Translations under genes and position numbers: made by a program
Shown: in pieces, positions 56,251 through 64,000 of the stretch
Layout: each line of letters begins with the position of its first letter
Numbering within the stretch: the stretch's first letter is position 1
NCBI GenBank assembly: GCA_964016885.1
Contig: OZ024755.1
Coordinates: 10,168,001 to 10,232,000 of the forward strand
DNA from: Eledone cirrhosa
Taxonomy: Eukaryota
DNA: 64,000 bases
Direction of reading: 5' to 3'
The notes under the pieces: model-generated
The model's input: the letters and a program-made list of their open reading frames with translations, nothing else
Told to the model about the DNA's origin: nothing
Databases searched by the model: none

Positions 56251-56720
56251 CCTGTGGTCATGAATCTTGGTTAATGACTGGAAGAATACGATCGCGAATA
56301 CAAGTGGCCGAAATGTTGCTCCTCCGAAGGGTCTTTGGAGTAACGTTACTCGATAAATTGCGTAACTCGGAGATCAAAGAGTCACTCCAGGTAGAGCCGC
56401 TACTTCTCCAAATTGAGAGATGACAGCTCCGATACTATGGACATGAGGTTAGAACGTCGCAGGAAAGAATCGCTGGACAGATTTTACGGGCAAAACCAAC
56501 AAGTAGGAGACCCATGGGTAGACCACGGGCAAGATGGTTGGATAACATTCATGAGCTTGGCTAGTCTCGCTTGGGGATCCAGCCTAATCATTTGGAGACG
56601 GTTGCTTCTGACAGGACCCGCTTGAAGAAGTGTTTGAGGACTCTGTCCCCACGAACCTCTCAGGAATAAGCAGGCAAAGAAGAAGAAGAAAAAGAAAAAG
56701 AAGAAGAAGAAGAAGAAATT
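56250..56720 (+). pseudogene. RTE-clade LINE 3' end
   Basis: CGHESW.MT.RIRSRIQVAEM.LLRRVFGVTLLDKLRNSEIKESLQVEPLL..QLRYYGH..RP.GRPRARWLDNI, with an in-frame stop and a (GAA)n tail. Confidence 0.85.
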
Positions 56721-57634
56721 GACCACGGTGGGAGATTTTGAAACAAATCACAGAGAGCCTCAACAAATACTAAATACCAAAGTATTTTAATCCAATGTTC
56801 TAACGACTCTACCAATTCACCCCTCCCCCGCCACCACCATCACCACCATCTTGAATTTATTGATACGTAAGAAATCCTTATCTAATTTATCTGGTCTATT
56901 GGCAATTCGAGGATTAATTCTATGTGAAAATACTGCTGTTGTCGTGACGTTTTAGACAGGAAGAGGAAGGACTTTGGATTAATTAACGTGTGAATTCAGA
57001 ACAGACAATCAAATCACATCGCCATATATGTACGTACGTAGGCATGTATCTTGTATGTATGTATGTACGTACATATGGTTATGGAAATAGTCATAGCACT
57101 GGAGGGCAGGTTTCCGGGAAATCTAAGTTATTTACTTACTTCCTTGCTGACTACTACTACTAATACTCCAAACATCACTACTACTACTACCACAACCAAC
57201 ACTACTACTACTAATACTACTCCTCCTCCTACTACTACTACTACTACATGACTTCGGGAAGCAGGCGAAGATTTCGGTTAAGTACTTAGTTAAAGTTCAA
57301 ATGAGGTCCTTTTACAGGCAAAAAAAAAAAAATAATAATAAAAAAATACTTTCAGACTGAGCTTTCATGGGGAGGAGTACTGTTAAATGAGGAAGATGGT
57401 TAATAATGATGATGATGATTATGATGGTAGTGGTGATGATAAAGATGATGGTGATGGTGATGATTGTCGTATTGGTGGTGGTGGTGGTGGTGGTGATGGT
57501 TATTAAGATGGTGGATGTCGTTGTGGGGGTCGCGGTGGTACTAGTTTTGGTAGTGGTGTTTGTGGTGATGGTGTGATGTTAGTGCTATTAGTGGTAAAGG
57601 GAGATGATGATGATGACGATGGTTTGCCAAGTTC

Positions 57635-58085
57635 GAAGAGAGAGTGTGCGAGAGAAAGAGAGAGAGGGAGTGCGGGAGAGAAAGAAAGAGAGTGAGTACG
57701 AGAGAGAAAGAGAGTGAGAGCGAGAGAGAAAGAAAGAGAGTGAGTGCGATAGAGAAAGAGAGTGGGAGCGAGAGAGAAAGAGAGTGGGAGCGAGAGAGAA
57801 GGAAAGAGAGTGAGTGCGAGAGAGGAAGAAAGAGAGTGAGTGCGAGAGAGGAAGAAAGAGAGTGAGTGCGAGAGAGGAAGAAAGAGAGTGAGAGCGAGAG
57901 AGAAAGAAAGAGAGTGAATGCGAGAGAGAAAGAGAGTGGGAGCGAGAGAGGAAGAAAGAGTGAGAGCGAGAGAGGAAGAAAGAGAGTCAGTGCGAGAGAG
58001 AAAGAGAGTGAGTGCGAGAGAGAAAGAGAGTGAGTGCGAGAGAGAAAGAGAGTGGGAGCGAGAGAGAAAGAGAGTGAGAATAAGA
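57635..58085. repeat. GA-rich minisatellite (GAGTGAGTGCGAGAGAG..)
   Basis: Seen directly. Confidence 0.85.
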
Positions 58086-58589
58086 GTCAATGAGTTAGGA
58101 TGATGTTACTTTTTATTTAAAAAAAAAATAGATTCCAAATAACTATAAATGTTCCATTCTTTCTTTGTTTTCTTACCCCAAGTTTGATATTTACCTGTTA
58201 GTCGGTATGTTTGAAGGTTAAAACTAAACGACAACTGCTTCGACGTGATGCATTATATTTACATTCTCTCCCTCTCATCATACATTTGGGTCTTAACGAA
58301 CATTTTAGAGAGATTCCCTTTCCACAAAGATCCGGAAATCTGTGACATATTTGACCGGACAAATTCAAGGTGGAATGACCTTTATTAATGAACATCTAGT
58401 TACTGCCAACACAGCCGATCTGCTTCAAAGCAACAATCCCTTTTTCTCTACCAATCAATCCTCTTTTGTATGTTGACATTCACAACCTTTACAAAAGTGC
58501 GGCAATATGATGAACTTGAATAGGAGGACACTTCCTCTATAGAATCGGCTTTAGTTTCAAACCAAACCAACACTTAAATAATACAATAT

Positions 58590-58890
58590 AATTGTTTCTA
58601 CATTTGACACAAGGCCAGCAATTACCCAGTACATTACTGGTACTTTATTTTATCGACCCCGTAAGGATGAAAGACAAAGTTTAACCTCGGCGGGATTTGA
58701 ACTCAGATTATAAAGGGCCGTAACTCTTTGCTGCAAACATGGCGTCAGGCCCTCTCCCGATACTGCCAATTGTTTCTAAATTTGGCACACGGCTAACAAT
58801 TTGAAGGGAAGAAGGGAAAGTCGATTAAATATACCCCAGTATGTTACTGGTTCTTTATTTTATCGACTTCGTACGGATGAAAAGCAAGGC
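58590..58890 (-). mobile_element. Tandem family 1 SINE copies
   Basis: Reverse-complement family 1 motifs, twice. Confidence 0.7.
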
Positions 58891-59292
58891 TTAAATGCTA
58901 CAACCTAATTGTTTCTACATCATAAGGACAGTAATTTAAAGGGAAGGGGTGCAGCCCAACGCCCAGCCTTCGGCCCAGAATCCATCACCCTCTTCTCTTC
59001 TACCTCTTTCTTTTGTGGCCCAAGATTCCTTGCTACCCCCTTTTTTCTTCTCATTTATGACATTTATAGTGCTTTCATCTACTTTCCCATACAGTCAAAT
59101 CTGCCATTCTTTACCCCTTCCCCCTTTTCTCATTACTTAATTTTGTTTTTATCTTTCCTTTTCATGTGTACGTAATTATCAAAGGTTTTTAAGCCAATTT
59201 TGTGAGTGAAACACACGATTTGTAATGTTATTTATAAAACTGTAAATATAACGAACTTCTTCCCTATAGTTGAATAAAAAAAATTTACAGGG

Positions 59293-59612
59293 AAAAAAAT
59301 TGAACATCATAGTTCTAGAAACACGTCAGTCAAACGATAAAACAAAAAAAATTGAACATCATAGTTCTAGAAACACGTCAGTCAAACGATAAAACAAAAA
59401 AAAATTGAACATCATAGTTCTAGAAACACGTCAGTCAAACGATAAAACAAAAAAAATTGAACATCATAGTTCTAGAAACACGTCAGTCAAACGATAAAAC
59501 AAAAAAAATTGAACATCATAGTTCTAGAAACACGTCAGTCAAACGATAAAACAAAAAAAATTGAACATCATAGTTCTAGAAACACGTCAGTCAAACGATA
59601 AAACAAAAAAAA
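59293..59612. repeat. ~52-bp tandem repeat x6
   Basis: Unit (A)nTTGAACATCATAGTTCTAGAAACACGTCAGTCAAACGATAAAAC; only the poly-A length varies. Confidence 0.95.
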
Positions 59613-59790
59613 AAAATTTAAATTTGTCTTTGAGGTCTAACTCGAGAATATGACTATACCAATTTAAACTTGTTATTTCTGCTTGTAATTTCTCTATCTA
59701 TCTATCTATATAACTATATATATCTCTCTCTCCCATATATATATATATACATATATATATAATATATATATATATATACATATATATATA

Positions 59791-59826
<36 letters not shown>

Positions 59827-59829
59827 CGA

Positions 59830-60036
59830 CTTTCGTCAAATCGGACCGAGGAAACAATGTTTTCGTCGGTCTTTCCAGTTGCTAATACTATCTATCGGTC
59901 GCAACTCCAGGTAGAAGAAGCAACGTGAAATAAAGTGTCTTGCTCAAGGACATAACGCATCACCCGGTCTAGGAATCGAACTCACAACCTCTAGATTGTG
60001 AATCCAATTCTCTAACCACTCAGCCACACGCCTTCA
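59830..60036 (-). mobile_element. Family 2-type SINE
   Basis: Minus-strand head GGCGTGTGGCTGAGTGGTTAGAG..GAGTTCGATTCC..CCTTGAGCAAGACAC. Confidence 0.7.
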
Positions 60037-60055
60037 CTATATGGCTGGAACAGGT

Positions 60056-60217
<162 letters not shown>

Positions 60218-60548
60218 TTGTGTGTGTTTTCGTTCTGTCTGTGTCTCTCTCAAGAAGAAATCGGCTTTGATCCGACCTGCAGGTATCTTCTTCTTCTTCT
60301 ACATATAATATCTAACGTACGACCCCAGGCACAAATGCTCATTATTGTAGAGACTGACTGCTGACGTGCACATACAATTGTTGTGTAGGGACGAGTGTTA
60401 CTTAGACAGAATGTTCCCCAAGAAGTGTCATCAGGAATGCACCGGTTGTATCGTCTGTCTCTCCCGGTGAACAGCAGCAGTGGTTCTCTCATTAAAATAT
60501 AGTAATGTTAGAAATCACCTGCTATGTCTGGATATGTGTGCTTTGCTG

Positions 60549-60582
<34 letters not shown>

Positions 60583-60614
60583 CAAACATATGTATATGTA
60601 TATATGTGTATATA

Positions 60615-60661
<47 letters not shown>

Positions 60662-60693
60662 CAAACATATGTATATGTATATATGTGTATATA

Positions 60694-60748
<55 letters not shown>

Positions 60749-60749
60749 A

Positions 60750-60818
<69 letters not shown>

Positions 60819-61020
60819 TATATATATATATAAAATATTTAAAAAATAATGAATAAAACAATGAAACAGTTCCTTATATTAAACATAAAAAGTTCATTAT
60901 TTAACGATCGTTTCTAGGATATACATGTGTTAGGATTGGACACTACCGTAAACTCTTGGTAGATTTATCTATATATATATATATATTTATTGCAAACATA
61001 TGTATATGTATATATGTGTA

Positions 61021-61085
<65 letters not shown>

Positions 61086-61109
61086 TTATTGCAAACATAT
61101 GTATATGTA

Positions 61110-61142
<33 letters not shown>

Positions 61143-61509
61143 CATAAATCATGTCCTTAGAATTATTAGATAAAATATGTACCATTTCCTCTACCACATA
61201 TATATCTATGACTTTATGTATATGTAAATCTTTATATATATATATCTATATATCTCTATATATATATATTTATTAATTGCAAACATATGTATATATGTAT
61301 ATATATTGCAAACATATGTATATGTATATAAATATATATATATTAACAACAGTATGGACACCTTTAAACAAGACATTATAACAAACCAGCGGGCTCGATG
61401 ACGTTAGTAATAAAGAATAGCAAAGCAACAATAATTCGTAACGAAGGAAACTACATGAGCAATATCTTGCCTGAGGAACGAAGTCTATGGAAACTATTGG
61501 AAGAAGGTT

Positions 61510-62963
<1,454 letters not shown>

Positions 62964-63330
62964 TAAACATACAAATGAATGATTGGATGTATTCAGTAAA
63001 CCCACACAAAAACTCTACAGTGTAACAGCAAAACAAAACAACATTTGCATGACAGAAAAAACACTTCAACAGATGTCATACTGAAACTGACACTAGTGCA
63101 GCTGTCATTGCTAATGTACTTTAAAAATTACTGTTATATCTATCTATCTATCTATCTACCAACCTACCTATCTACCTACATATCTATCTACTCTCTATCT
63201 GTATATATACATATATATAACCAAAGATTATAGTTTTACAATAGATTAAAATCACTCTACAAAAACGTTTTCTGGAGTTATTATTATTCAGAATAATAAT
63301 AAATGAAGACATTCACATAATCAAAATATA

Positions 63331-63396
63331 TGTTTTATTATATATATTTCGAAGGTACTGTGCTGTTTTTTCAGTACGTCCTCGTCATATAAAATA
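63331..63396 (-). ncRNA. Degenerate hammerhead, paralog of 41870-41936
   Basis: Minus strand: TATTTTAT-ATGACGA-GGACGTACTG..CAGTACCTTC-GAAA-T-ATAT-ATA-ATAAAACA. Core C3 is changed to A. Confidence 0.6.
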
Positions 63397-63549
63397 CATG
63401 AATTGATGTATGACATACCTCAACGGTCTTGATAATTCAATTCCAGTATTGGCAAATTATTATTTCTGCCATTACTCTGCTATTATTTCTGCCATATAAC
63501 TTCCATTCATATGTATCTATATATAAGGACTCGAATATATTTATATATA

Positions 63550-63586
<37 letters not shown>

Positions 63587-64000
63587 CCATATATATATAT
63601 ATATACACACACACATATAAGAAACCCGAATATATTTATGTACATATACATACATGTACATATACACGCACATACATTTATATATACATACACACCACAC
63701 TGCCTATCCTCAGTTTTCCCAGTTTTCCCGTTTCCTTTCGTATTTATTTTTAACATTTTCCCATGGTTGGCTAAAAATGGCGTGAAAAGAATTCAAAGCT
63801 GCTTGTTGTTCAGTGTATTTCCTAAGAATTGTTCCGGACGTATTACGTTGTACGATTCACCGGCAATCCTTAAACAGATCGTTATCCAACCTCTCAATCA
63901 TATATAGTAATAAGTAGAACAACTATTTTTATGTTCGTGAAGACGCGTGGCTTTATGGTTTGGGTGTTCAGTTGACTAGGGTGATCGTAAAGTCGTGAGT

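Noticed and set aside
59293-59612. CRISPR-like periodic array
   Set aside because: Identical tandem units with no unique spacers.

Overview
Repeat-saturated, AT-rich eukaryotic DNA, most likely from an octopus or other cephalopod (inferred from the SINE types and extreme microsatellite density; not verified). Almost all ORFs in the supplied track are translations of microsatellites. Credible coding remnants are few: an R4/Dong-like non-LTR reverse transcriptase fragment, RTE LINE 3' ends, a probable hAT transposase relic, and one isolated exon resembling the TRIP4/ASC-1 N-terminus. The rest is tRNA-derived SINEs, non-autonomous Helitrons, MITEs and mini/microsatellites, including a SINE-derived 77-bp array with a 16-unit higher-order duplication. 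The most striking signal is at least 12 short, sequence-diverse elements sitting in or beside (TA)n tracts. They share one architecture: a type I hammerhead ribozyme (intact or 5'-truncated), often copied into a fold-back palindrome, followed by a conserved bulged stem-loop (RCTC-stem-loop-stem-TN-GAGY) near the TA junction. These look like Penelope-like retroelement pLTR derivatives with a shared cis-acting RNA structure. All structures were folded by eye; no searches were run.
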